Positions 30,662 through 38,679 of a stretch of 64,000 bases of DNA are shown piece by piece (the stretch's first letter is position 1; each line of letters starts with the position of its first letter). The notes below the pieces were generated by a model. That model searched no databases. It saw nothing but the letters and a program-made list of their open reading frames with translations, and was not told the DNA's origin. Both the position numbers and the translations under genes were made by a program. Source of the DNA: Anaerolineae bacterium (GTDB taxonomy: Bacteria > Chloroflexota > Anaerolineae > Anaerolineales > UBA4823); the NCBI GenBank assembly GCA_003327455.1, contig QOQU01000002.1, positions 231,963-295,962 on the forward strand, written 5' to 3'.

Positions 30662-30961
30662 ATGGAAATCAAAGAACTTACCGAACAAATGCATCGTTTT
30701 GTTCAATCCAAGGGCTGGTATGAACAAACAAGCTCTCGCCCTCAGACACTTAAAAATCTTGCAATCTCATTAGTCCTGGAAGCCTGTGAGGTTCTTGAGC
30801 AATTTCAATGGCAAGAGCAACCACCGGATAGTGAGTACCTTGCAGAGGAACTTGCAGATGTATTTCTCTATTTGTTGCAAATTTCCTCTCTGGCAGAGAT
30901 TGATCTCGAAAAAGCTACATTAGAGAAATTGAATAAGAATTATCAAAGAACCTGGAAATAG
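30662..30961 (+). CDS. MazG-like nucleotide pyrophosphohydrolase (small, single-domain)
   Basis: The EACEVLEQFQW and EELADVFLYLL motifs form the EExxE/D metal-binding helices of the MazG/all-alpha NTP-PPase fold. Confidence 0.75.
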   Translation: MEIKELTEQMHRFVQSKGWYEQTSSRPQTLKNLAISLVLEACEVLEQFQWQEQPPDSEYLAEELADVFLYLLQISSLAEIDLEKATLEKLNKNYQRTWK

Positions 30962-30967
30962 ACTTTT

Positions 30968-31765
30968 ATGCCAGTCATTGACCCCACTCGACTTCAAAAA
31001 CAAATTCAACAATGTTTTGCCAATCAATCGGATGCTCGGCTTTTCGTCACGGCGATTAAAGACTTATTGGAGAGCTATTCTGACCATACATACCGTCCTG
31101 GTGAACTGGCAAAGTTACCTTCATCGTTACGGAGTTACCATGTACCCCAACCCCTCCTTCGAGCATTAAAAAGAGAATTCGCATCCTTAAGCCAATCCCA
31201 ACCTCCTCAAGCTCTCACGATTGCAAGGGAATTGTGGGAGCAACCCTACCAGGAGTGTAAAGATCTGGCTATTTCGATCCTGGAAAACCTTCCTTTAGAA
31301 ATGCAAAACGAACTGTTTAAGATTTCCGAACAATGGGTATCCACCTGCATCCAGATTGAATTAATTGATTCCATCGCCCGCGATGCGCTGAATTCGATTC
31401 GGACAAAACAACCTGCAACCCTGATTGAACAGGCTCAAAAATGGATCGTTGACGAACGACTTAACGTGCGCAAGTTTGGCTTTCTTGTTCTCGAACATCT
31501 CAGTCTTTCAATCTCATTTAGTGACCTTCCCCTTCTTTTCAAAATCATTTCACCCTATCTCATTCGTTGTCCGGCTCAAATCTATCCCCACATCGTTTCG
31601 ATTTGTAACAACCTGATAGCAAAATCACCCAAAGAAATGGCTTATCTAATGCATACAGCGTTAATCGAAAATCCAGCGGCAGACGCAAGAAAATTGATCA
31701 AATCATGTTTACAATCATTCCCCAAAGATCTGCAAAATGACTTAAATTCCTCCATAAAGGGCTAA
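30968..31765 (+). CDS. Hypothetical alpha-helical repeat protein (weak HEAT / AlkD-like resemblance)
   Basis: This 265-aa ORF starts 6 nt after the MazG-like gene and appears all-helical. I recognise no confident motif. Confidence 0.5.
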   Translation: MPVIDPTRLQKQIQQCFANQSDARLFVTAIKDLLESYSDHTYRPGELAKLPSSLRSYHVPQPLLRALKREFASLSQSQPPQALTIARELWEQPYQECKDLAISILENLPLEMQNELFKISEQWVSTCIQIELIDSIARDALNSIRTKQPATLIEQAQKWIVDERLNVRKFGFLVLEHLSLSISFSDLPLLFKIISPYLIRCPAQIYPHIVSICNNLIAKSPKEMAYLMHTALIENPAADARKLIKSCLQSFPKDLQNDLNSSIKG

Positions 31766-31822
31766 AAGGCCTCATATTGGATAAGAATATGCATATAGCT
31801 GTTTTAAAGAAAGACAGTTTTA

Positions 31823-31919
31823 TGTTATAATTTCAAACCGTGACTAGGCCATTCCAGGGCTTAATATGCTCTGGAATTGGAGACCTGCACAGGAATTACT
31901 ATTTAGGAGAGCAGAGGTC
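31823..31919 (+). promoter_or_regulatory. rpsO extended -10 promoter (TGtTATAAT) and structured ~80-nt leader
   Basis: The TG is at 31823-31824 and TATAAT at 31826-31831. An imperfect hairpin in the leader spans 31849-31880 (CCATTCCAGGGC...GCTCTGGAATTGG). AGGAGAG serves as the Shine-Dalgarno. Confidence 0.4.
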
Positions 31920-32192
31920 ATGACACTAGATAAGGAGTCAAAACAAAAGTTAATGCAGGAATTTTCCCGTCATAGCAATGATACGGGATCTCCAGAAGTA
32001 CAAATCGCCTTACTAACAACCCGAATTAACCAGCTTACTGAGCATCTAAAGGCTCATAAGCATGATGAGTCATCGAGACGCGGTCTCCTGAAGTTAGTTG
32101 GAAGACGACGTCGTTTACTGGCTTATCTTCGCCGAAATGACTATAACCGGTACACTGCATTAACAGATCGTCTCAATATCCGCCGTAAATAG
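31920..32192 (+). CDS. rpsO: 30S ribosomal protein S15
   Basis: The sequence [70 protein letters not shown] is S15. The start is taken at ATG 31920. Confidence 0.95.
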   Translation: MTLDKESKQKLMQEFSRHSNDTGSPEVQIALLTTRINQLTEHLKAHKHDESSRRGLLKLVGRRRRLLAYLRRNDYNRYTALTDRLNIRRK

Positions 32193-32200
32193 GACAGAAT

Positions 32201-32230
32201 GAGTAGATGAGAACTTTAACTCATCTACTC
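32201..32230 (+). promoter_or_regulatory. Perfect 11-bp hairpin in the rpsO-pnp intergenic region
   Basis: GAGTAGATGAG pairs with CTCATCTACTC around an 8-nt loop, with no U-tract after it. The position matches the pnp leader processing/autoregulation hairpins known from other bacteria. Confidence 0.45.
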
Positions 32231-32292
32231 ACTTCCCATGGACAAAATTGTACGGGGATAATCAGTCATCTTCAAATAAAACAGGAAAGAAA

Positions 32293-34509
32293 ATGAAACC
32301 AGAAAGTGTAATTGTTGAAACCGTAGTCGGAAACAAACGTTTTCAAATTGAAACAGGCAAGATTGCTTCACAGGCAGGTGGAGCAGTAACCATTCGGGTC
32401 GGGGATACGGTTGTTTTTGCAGCCGCAACGATGAGCAGTGAACCAAAGGAAAGTGTTGACTTTTTCCCTCTCACTGTTGATTACGAAGAAAGGATGTACG
32501 CTGGGGGGAGGATTCCCGGTTCGTTTTTCCGCCGCGAAGGTCGCCCATCAGACGAGGCGATTCTTACTGCCCGCCTTGCCGATCGCCCCTTACGGCCTCT
32601 CTTCCCCAAAGACTTGCGGAATGAAGTTCAAATAATTTTATATTCACTGTCTTCAGATGGAGAAAACCCGATTGATATCCTTGCCGTCAATGCTGCTTCT
32701 GCAGCCCTTACGATCTCAGATATCCCCTGGGGCGGACCAATCGGCGCAGTTCGCATTGGGCGAATTGATGGTCAGTACCTGGTCAACCCAACCTTCACTG
32801 AAATCGAGTATTCTGATCTCGATCTACGCCTGGCAGGCACCCGTGATGCAATTTTGATGGTGGAGTGTGGCGCAAACGAGGTCAGCGAAGAAGACATGAT
32901 CGAGGCACTTGCATTTGGCCATCAAGCCCTCCAACCTATCATCGATCTTCAAGAAGAACTGGCAGGAAAAATCGGTAAACCCAAAGCAACTTACCCGGTA
33001 GCGATTGAAAATGAAGCTCTGATAGCAGCCATTCATGAAGAAGCCGCTCCAATAATCCTTCAGGTTTTAGAAAAGCCTTATATCAAAAGCGAACGGAACG
33101 CCGCATTCAAGCAACTCGAGACTTCACTGATCGAAAAATATAAAGATCCATTTTCTGCAACCGAATCGGAGATTCGGGCGGCGCTGGAGGGTTGCTACAA
33201 AGAAATTGTGCGTCGTCGTATCTTAGAACAAGGAATCCGAGCAGACGGACGCCAGCTTGATGAAATTCGCCCGATCTGGTGTGAGGTCAACGTCAGCCCG
33301 CGTGCTCATGGTTCGGGGTTATTTACGCGGGGGGAGACCCAGGTGCTGACCCTGGCAACCCTTGGAACGCCAAGAGAAGCACAGGAAATCGACAGCCTTA
33401 CTCCTGCCGAGAGCAAACGCTACATGCATCACTACAATTTCCCACCGTTCTCGACTGGGGAAGTAAAGGCATTGCGCGGAGCTTCGCGGCGGGAGATCGG
33501 TCACGGCGCTCTGGCAGAAAGAGCGTTGGTGCCAGTCATTCCTCCGGAAAACAAATTTCCATACACCCTTCGCCTGGTTTCAGAGGTTTTGTCTTCCAAC
33601 GGCTCATCTTCCATGGCTTCGGTCTGTGGGTCAACGCTGGCTTTGATGGATACCGGTGTTCCAATCTCTGCCCCGGTTGCCGGTGTTGCGATGGGATTGG
33701 TTAAAGAAGGTGATCGTTATGCCATCCTGACCGATATCCTTGGTTTAGAAGACCATTTTGGAGATATGGATTTCAAAGTTGCCGGCACTCCAAAAGGAAT
33801 TACCGCTCTCCAAATGGACATCAAGATTAAAGGAATATCCTCTGATCTGATGCTTGAAGCTCTCAACAAGGCAAAAGTTGCCAGAGCTTTTATTTTAGAA
33901 AAAATGCTGGAGGTGATTCCCGCACCTCGCCCGGAGTTAAAACCTCATGCACCGCGTATCACCGTTGTACAGATACCGATTGACAAGATCGGAGCTGTTA
34001 TTGGGCCGGGTGGCAAAACCATTCGCAGCATCCAAGAAGAAACCAACACAAAGATCGATATTGGAGAAGATGGATCAGTCTTTATTGCAGCAACCGATGG
34101 GGAATCGGCTCGAATTGCCGTTGAAAGAGTCGAGAATCTAACCGAAACGCCGGTGGTTGGTCGGATATATACGGGAAAAGTTGTCCGTGTTGCCGACTTT
34201 GGCGCGTTTGTTGAAATTCTTCCCAATGTCGATGGACTTGTTCACATCTCCCAGCTTGATTCTGAGCGGGTTAATAAAGTCGAAGATGTTGTTCGCGTCG
34301 GGGACGAAATCACGGTTATGGTCACCGACATTGACAGCCAAGGAAAAATTCGCCTTTCAAGAGCAGCCGTTTTGGAAGGATGGACTGCAGAAGAAGCCCA
34401 GGTGCGCGATCAACGCGGCGGAGCACCTCGATCGAGTGGTGGTTTCCGCCCACAGTCAGGCGGCAAAAAAGATGACAGGCGTCCTGGCGGAGGACACCCT
34501 CGCCGCTAA
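32293..34509 (+). CDS. pnp: Polyribonucleotide nucleotidyltransferase (PNPase)
   Basis: Two RNase PH domains (FFRREGRPS, GEVKALRGASRREIGHG) are followed by KH and S1 domains and an Arg/Gly-rich tail. The start is taken at ATG 32293 (MKPESV), which has an AGGAAAG Shine-Dalgarno. Confidence 0.95.
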   Translation: MKPESVIVETVVGNKRFQIETGKIASQAGGAVTIRVGDTVVFAAATMSSEPKESVDFFPLTVDYEERMYAGGRIPGSFFRREGRPSDEAILTARLADRPLRPLFPKDLRNEVQIILYSLSSDGENPIDILAVNAASAALTISDIPWGGPIGAVRIGRIDGQYLVNPTFTEIEYSDLDLRLAGTRDAILMVECGANEVSEEDMIEALAFGHQALQPIIDLQEELAGKIGKPKATYPVAIENEALIAAIHEEAAPIILQVLEKPYIKSERNAAFKQLETSLIEKYKDPFSATESEIRAALEGCYKEIVRRRILEQGIRADGRQLDEIRPIWCEVNVSPRAHGSGLFTRGETQVLTLATLGTPREAQEIDSLTPAESKRYMHHYNFPPFSTGEVKALRGASRREIGHGALAERALVPVIPPENKFPYTLRLVSEVLSSNGSSSMASVCGSTLALMDTGVPISAPVAGVAMGLVKEGDRYAILTDILGLEDHFGDMDFKVAGTPKGITALQMDIKIKGISSDLMLEALNKAKVARAFILEKMLEVIPAPRPELKPHAPRITVVQIPIDKIGAVIGPGGKTIRSIQEETNTKIDIGEDGSVFIAATDGESARIAVERVENLTETPVVGRIYTGKVVRVADFGAFVEILPNVDGLVHISQLDSERVNKVEDVVRVGDEITVMVTDIDSQGKIRLSRAAVLEGWTAEEAQVRDQRGGAPRSSGGFRPQSGGKKDDRRPGGGHPRR

Positions 34510-36077
34510 CCCGGCAAAAATGGCATAGCTGGACCTGGGATGCCAAGTTGTTCCGCAATTGCACTTTTCAACGCAACACGGTCATCCCAGGTATACTCAA
34601 TCTCCCCAAAACACATCGACTGTTCATGCCCCTTTCCCAGTAAAAGTATCACATCGCCGGCCCTTGCCAGGTGGACAGCCATCCGGATAGCGGCGCGTCG
34701 GTCGGCTATACGAATATAATTTCTTCCTTCAACTCCCCCGGCAGTATCTGCTCCATTTTTCATTTCTAGCAGGATCGCCTCAACGCTTTCTGTTCGAGGA
34801 TCTTCCGCAGTTAAGATACAAAAATCGGCCAGTTTAACCCCGATTTCCGCCATTTGCTTTCGTTTTTCGCGATCCCGTAAACCCGCCGAACCAAATACAG
34901 CGATTATCCTTCCATTGGTCAGCTTTCTGGCGCTGATTAGAGCATTCCTTAAAGCATTTGGAGTATGCGCAAAATCTACAATTGCCAGGTAAGATTGACC
35001 AAGATCAATCCTCTCCATTCTGCCCGGAATGGCACTCACCTGCCTCAGACCCTCTGCAGCCACCTCAGCTTCAATCCCCAAGCCCTCAACCGTTGCGCAC
35101 CAGGCAGCCAGGGCATTGGAGATATTGTACTCACCCATCAGGTTGAGCTGCACAAAAGTCCGTTTTCCTTTGTTTTTTACAAAAAACTGCGGTTTATGGT
35201 TGATAATCTGGATTTCATCTGCGCGCACATCTGCTTCGAGAGATACACCGTATGTGATCATTTTCACCAAAGGATAGAAGGTGACCCGCTCCCGTAGATA
35301 TTCGAAAGCCTGATCATCCCGGTTAAGAACTGCTAGTCGGATATTCCCTTGAACTTTTTGCACTGTATTTACAAGCTCTTCAATTAACTGTGCTTTCGCT
35401 GCCCGATAGTTTTCATAAGTTCCGTGAAAATCAAGATGTTCGTGGGTGATGTTCGTAAATACTCCGATGTCGTACTCACAAGCTGAGACACGGTACTGTG
35501 CTAACCCATGCGAGGTTGTTTCGAGAACAACATGGGTGATCGGGAACGGCTCTCGGGCCGCCATTTTAGCTAATAGATACTGAATCTGAGGAGCATCGGG
35601 TGTTGTTACATGAAATCCAGTGTCGATCGTCTCTTCACCAATCAGCGCACTAACGGTTGAGATCATCCCAACCGAATATCCTGCTGTCTTCAAAATTTGA
35701 TAAATATAATTGCTGGTTGTGGTCTTACCATCCGTGCCGGTAACTCCAATGATCGTCATTTGCCGCGCAGGAAAGCCATACCAGGCTGCGGAAAGTGCAG
35801 CCAAAGCCCTACGTGAGTTGACAACCTGGATATAAGGTGTTGAAATTTCTATGTCTGCCCGTTCACCAACTACCGCAACCGCGCCTTTCTGAATTGCTTG
35901 AACAACATAATCATGCCCATCATAGGTCAGACCTGGGATGGCTACAAAGATACTTCCGGGTTTAACTTGTCTGGAATCGGAGACAATACCTTGAATTTCA
36001 AGATCAATAAAAGGATTTGGAAAATGAGCCAGTAAGTTGTACTCAACAAGAGGTTGAATTAATTGCGATAATTTCAT
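34506..36077 (-). CDS. murE: UDP-N-acetylmuramoyl-L-alanyl-D-glutamate--2,6-diaminopimelate ligase
   Basis: Mur ligase motifs are present: GVTGTDGKTTT, the HVVLETTSHGL region and the DFAHTP region. The stop codon overlaps the pnp stop on the opposite strand. Confidence 0.9.
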   Translation of the reverse strand: MKLSQLIQPLVEYNLLAHFPNPFIDLEIQGIVSDSRQVKPGSIFVAIPGLTYDGHDYVVQAIQKGAVAVVGERADIEISTPYIQVVNSRRALAALSAAWYGFPARQMTIIGVTGTDGKTTTSNYIYQILKTAGYSVGMISTVSALIGEETIDTGFHVTTPDAPQIQYLLAKMAAREPFPITHVVLETTSHGLAQYRVSACEYDIGVFTNITHEHLDFHGTYENYRAAKAQLIEELVNTVQKVQGNIRLAVLNRDDQAFEYLRERVTFYPLVKMITYGVSLEADVRADEIQIINHKPQFFVKNKGKRTFVQLNLMGEYNISNALAAWCATVEGLGIEAEVAAEGLRQVSAIPGRMERIDLGQSYLAIVDFAHTPNALRNALISARKLTNGRIIAVFGSAGLRDREKRKQMAEIGVKLADFCILTAEDPRTESVEAILLEMKNGADTAGGVEGRNYIRIADRRAAIRMAVHLARAGDVILLLGKGHEQSMCFGEIEYTWDDRVALKSAIAEQLGIPGPAMPFLPG

Positions 36078-36180
36078 CCAGCTCTTCCTCTAATGCTTTA
36101 TCCACAGGTGAAAAGTGAACAAGGTGGATACTGAAATTATAATCTTACGCGTCGCAAAATATTTACTCCCCTAAGGTGGT

Positions 36181-36215
36181 CAAAAAGACGGGTCAAGCTA
36201 ATCCTTGACCCGTCT
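36181..36215 (-). terminator. Intrinsic terminator after the atp F0 cluster
   Basis: On the minus strand, a 12-bp stem pairs AGACGGGTCAAG with CTTGACCCGTCT around a 6-nt loop and is followed by TTTTT. It lies 22 nt after the atpF stop. Confidence 0.75.
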
Positions 36216-36237
36216 CTGGTCTTCTCAAATCGCGAAA

Positions 36238-36975
36238 TTACTGAAGCGATTGTTTCAAGGATTCGAGCTGACCAACAACAGATCCATCCAAAATCTTATC
36301 ACCAACTTTGACGATCAGGCCGCCCATAATAGATGGATCAACCCGAAAAGATACAGTGGCTTGCTCACCCATTTTAGACAAAATATCTTTCTTCACCGTT
36401 TCCTGTTCATGAGGCAAAAGCGGCAAAGCGCTAATCACTTCCGCCGAATCACCGCTTAACTCAACATCTTCGAGGACAACGACCTTTCCAGATTTAACCC
36501 CCGAGAAGAACTCTTCCAACAACGCGTGTTGACGTTTTTCATCCAGCGCTTCTCCAATGAGTTTTTGGGCAGCAGCTATTGCCAGCGAAGCAATTTGCCC
36601 ACGCAACTCCAGGAGAATGCGGTCTCTCTCCTGAGCGGCTTCTATGCGGGCTTCTTCGCGGATTTTATTTGCCTGCGCTTCTGCCTGGGCAAGGATCTCC
36701 TTCGCGGCCACATCCGCCCTTTCGGTTGCCTCGCGAACCTTTTGAGCAGCATTGTTCTGGGCTTCAGCTATGATAGCTTTGGCTTCTTTTTCTGCATTTG
36801 CCCTTGCTTCAGCGGCAATCCGCGCATCTTCCAATCCCTGGGCAATTTTATTTTTCCGGTTTTCTAACATTCGAACGATCGGTTTATATGCCAAAGCATA
36901 CATGAGCAAGGCTAAAATCGTAAAGTTGAAAACCTGAAAAAGGAAGAAACCTAGATTGATACCTAATTTCTCCAT
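36238..36975 (-). CDS. atpF: ATP synthase F0 subunit b fused to the C-terminal domain of subunit delta (OSCP)
   Basis: Residues 1-~150 are a TM helix plus a long Ala/Glu/Lys coiled coil, as in subunit b. Residues ~175-245 (AEVISALPLLPHEQETVKKDILSKMGEQATVSFRVDPSIMGGLIVKVGDKILDGSVVGQLESLKQSL) align by eye with the delta C-terminal domain; compare E. coli AEVDVISAAALSEQQ...[30 protein letters not shown]. Confidence 0.85.
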   Translation of the reverse strand: MEKLGINLGFFLFQVFNFTILALLMYALAYKPIVRMLENRKNKIAQGLEDARIAAEARANAEKEAKAIIAEAQNNAAQKVREATERADVAAKEILAQAEAQANKIREEARIEAAQERDRILLELRGQIASLAIAAAQKLIGEALDEKRQHALLEEFFSGVKSGKVVVLEDVELSGDSAEVISALPLLPHEQETVKKDILSKMGEQATVSFRVDPSIMGGLIVKVGDKILDGSVVGQLESLKQSLQ

Positions 36976-36997
36976 TCTTCGCTCCCAAAAGATGGAA

Positions 36998-37240
36998 TCA
37001 TGCGGCGAAGATTATGATGAGAGCCACGGCAAGGGCATAAATTGCGATAGCTTCGGCGAATGCCATGCCCAGGATCATATTCGTTTGGATGATCGGTGCT
37101 GCGTCGGGATTTCTTCCCATTGCCTGAACACCACCAAATGCAGCTAAACCTACCCCAAATCCAGCACCAATGGCACTGATCATCGCCAATCCAGCTCCGA
37201 GCAATTTCAAACCACTTACAAATGCCTCAGGATCATTCAT
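36998..37240 (-). CDS. atpE: ATP synthase F0 subunit c
   Basis: This is a two-helix proteolipid. It has a Gly-rich helix 1 (GAGLAMISAIGAGFGVG), the loop RNPD, and a carboxylate in helix 2 (MAFAEAIAIYA). ATG 37240 has an AAGGAG Shine-Dalgarno. Confidence 0.92.
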   Translation of the reverse strand: MNDPEAFVSGLKLLGAGLAMISAIGAGFGVGLAAFGGVQAMGRNPDAAPIIQTNMILGMAFAEAIAIYALAVALIIIFAA

Positions 37241-37267
37241 CGTCGTTCTACTCCTTTTCAATGAATT

Positions 37268-38308
37268 TTAATGCGCCTCTTCAGCATGATGGCTAACTGT
37301 AGCTCCACTGATAAAGATGGTAGCTAACAGGTAAAAAACGTAAGCCTGAATGATACCAAAAAACACCTCAAAAAAGTATAAGCCAACAGGCACGAGAACA
37401 GCCGTTAATGCCCCTACAATCGAAAGCAACAGAGTACCCGCAAAGATGTTTCCAAATAACCGGAAGCCAAAGGATAGAATTTTTGCAAATTCCAGAATCA
37501 GTTCCAATATACCCACAATGAAATTAATTGCACCCATTGCCCCCCCTTTGATCAACTGGCGAATCGGGAAAAACTTTTCAAAATAGCCGATCCCCAATGC
37601 CCAAACGCCATAAACCTGGGTCATAAGGACAGCAATAAATGCTAAAGCGAAGGGGAAATTCAAATCCGTCGCCGAACCACGGAGAAAGGGAACAATCTCA
37701 CAGGCTTCACAAAGCTTTTCTTCTTCACCATGGCTGTCAGTATGCTCAGCCTCTTTGGCTACGTGTTCTCTTTTTTGTGCCTTATCAATTGTATACAGGC
37801 TAACATTTCCAACTTTTGCAAGCAAAACCGGAGCATAGCCATACCCATGGTGCACTTCTTTAATTCGACCAATGCTTTCAAAGCCGGGCACTAGCTTGAC
37901 TAAATTGGCAACAAAGATGAGCAAGAAGATGGTTGCCGGAACCGGGAAAATCCGATAAGCCCACTTACCGGCTGCACCTTCCACAGTATTCCACAAGAAT
38001 TCCACCAAAGCTTCAAAAGCATTGTAAAAGCCGCTTGGAATTAGATTTCCACTGCGAATAAATTTCCTGACGACGAATACTGCAATAGAGATCAAGATGA
38101 TATCGGCAATCAAAGTTGCCAGCATGGTATTGGTTATATCAAAGCCCCCAATAGACAATCCGGTCGGTTCAGCCGGCAGAACTACAACCGGGCTAACTGG
38201 CTTTAAAATGGAAGGTCCGAGAAAAGCTGCATAGATGCCAGCAAGAATACAAAAGTAGATAATCAGAGTTCTCAGGTTGAAACGCTTCTTTGGTTTTTCT
38301 TCGCTCAC
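37268..38308 (-). CDS. atpB: ATP synthase F0 subunit a (with ~45-aa loop insertion)
   Basis: Contains the conserved motif FGFRLFGNIFAG and the C-terminal helices. At 346 aa it is longer than usual. It uses a GTG start. Confidence 0.9.
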   Translation of the reverse strand: MSEEKPKKRFNLRTLIIYFCILAGIYAAFLGPSILKPVSPVVVLPAEPTGLSIGGFDITNTMLATLIADIILISIAVFVVRKFIRSGNLIPSGFYNAFEALVEFLWNTVEGAAGKWAYRIFPVPATIFLLIFVANLVKLVPGFESIGRIKEVHHGYGYAPVLLAKVGNVSLYTIDKAQKREHVAKEAEHTDSHGEEEKLCEACEIVPFLRGSATDLNFPFALAFIAVLMTQVYGVWALGIGYFEKFFPIRQLIKGGAMGAINFIVGILELILEFAKILSFGFRLFGNIFAGTLLLSIVGALTAVLVPVGLYFFEVFFGIIQAYVFYLLATIFISGATVSHHAEEAH

Positions 38309-38310
38309 CG

Positions 38311-38613
38311 TTAATTTTCTCCTCTCGTTTCTTCAGAGTCTTTCTGCTTAGCGATTGGTTTACCGGTTTGTCGAGTTGCCCGAATGGCAATATAGTAGGT
38401 TAACAACAAAGATAAAGGTGCCGAACCCAGTACCAAAAGGATTAAGATAATTGGCCGTGTACCTAAAATACGATCAAGATATAAGCCTAAGAAGACGGCC
38501 AGTAAAACACTTAACAAAGTCACACAGCCCACCTGACCAGCCACAGCAATCATTGTCATTCCATCGGCTGGCTGGAAACCGCTTCCTTTCGGTGAGTTTT
38601 CCTGTTGGGTCAT
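38311..38613 (-). CDS. AtpZ/AtpI-like small membrane protein of the ATP synthase operon
   Basis: This 100-aa protein has two TM helices (VAGQVGCVTLLSVLLAVFLGLYLDRILGTRPIILILLVLGS). It lies directly upstream of atpB. Confidence 0.6.
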   Translation of the reverse strand: MTQQENSPKGSGFQPADGMTMIAVAGQVGCVTLLSVLLAVFLGLYLDRILGTRPIILILLVLGSAPLSLLLTYYIAIRATRQTGKPIAKQKDSEETRGEN

Positions 38614-38622
38614 GGCTTGCGG

Positions 38623-38652
38623 ATTTTATCACAACCTTTCCCTAAACGTCAA
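38623..38652 (-). promoter_or_regulatory. Promoter for the atp F0 cluster (TTGACG-18-TGaTAAAAT), 9 nt from the atpZ-like ATG
   Basis: On the minus strand, the -35 is at 38647-38652 and the -10 TAAAAT is at 38623-38628, preceded by a TG. No Shine-Dalgarno precedes ATG 38613. Confidence 0.45.
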
Positions 38653-38679
38653 TAATAGAATCTTGACCTGTTTTGTAGA

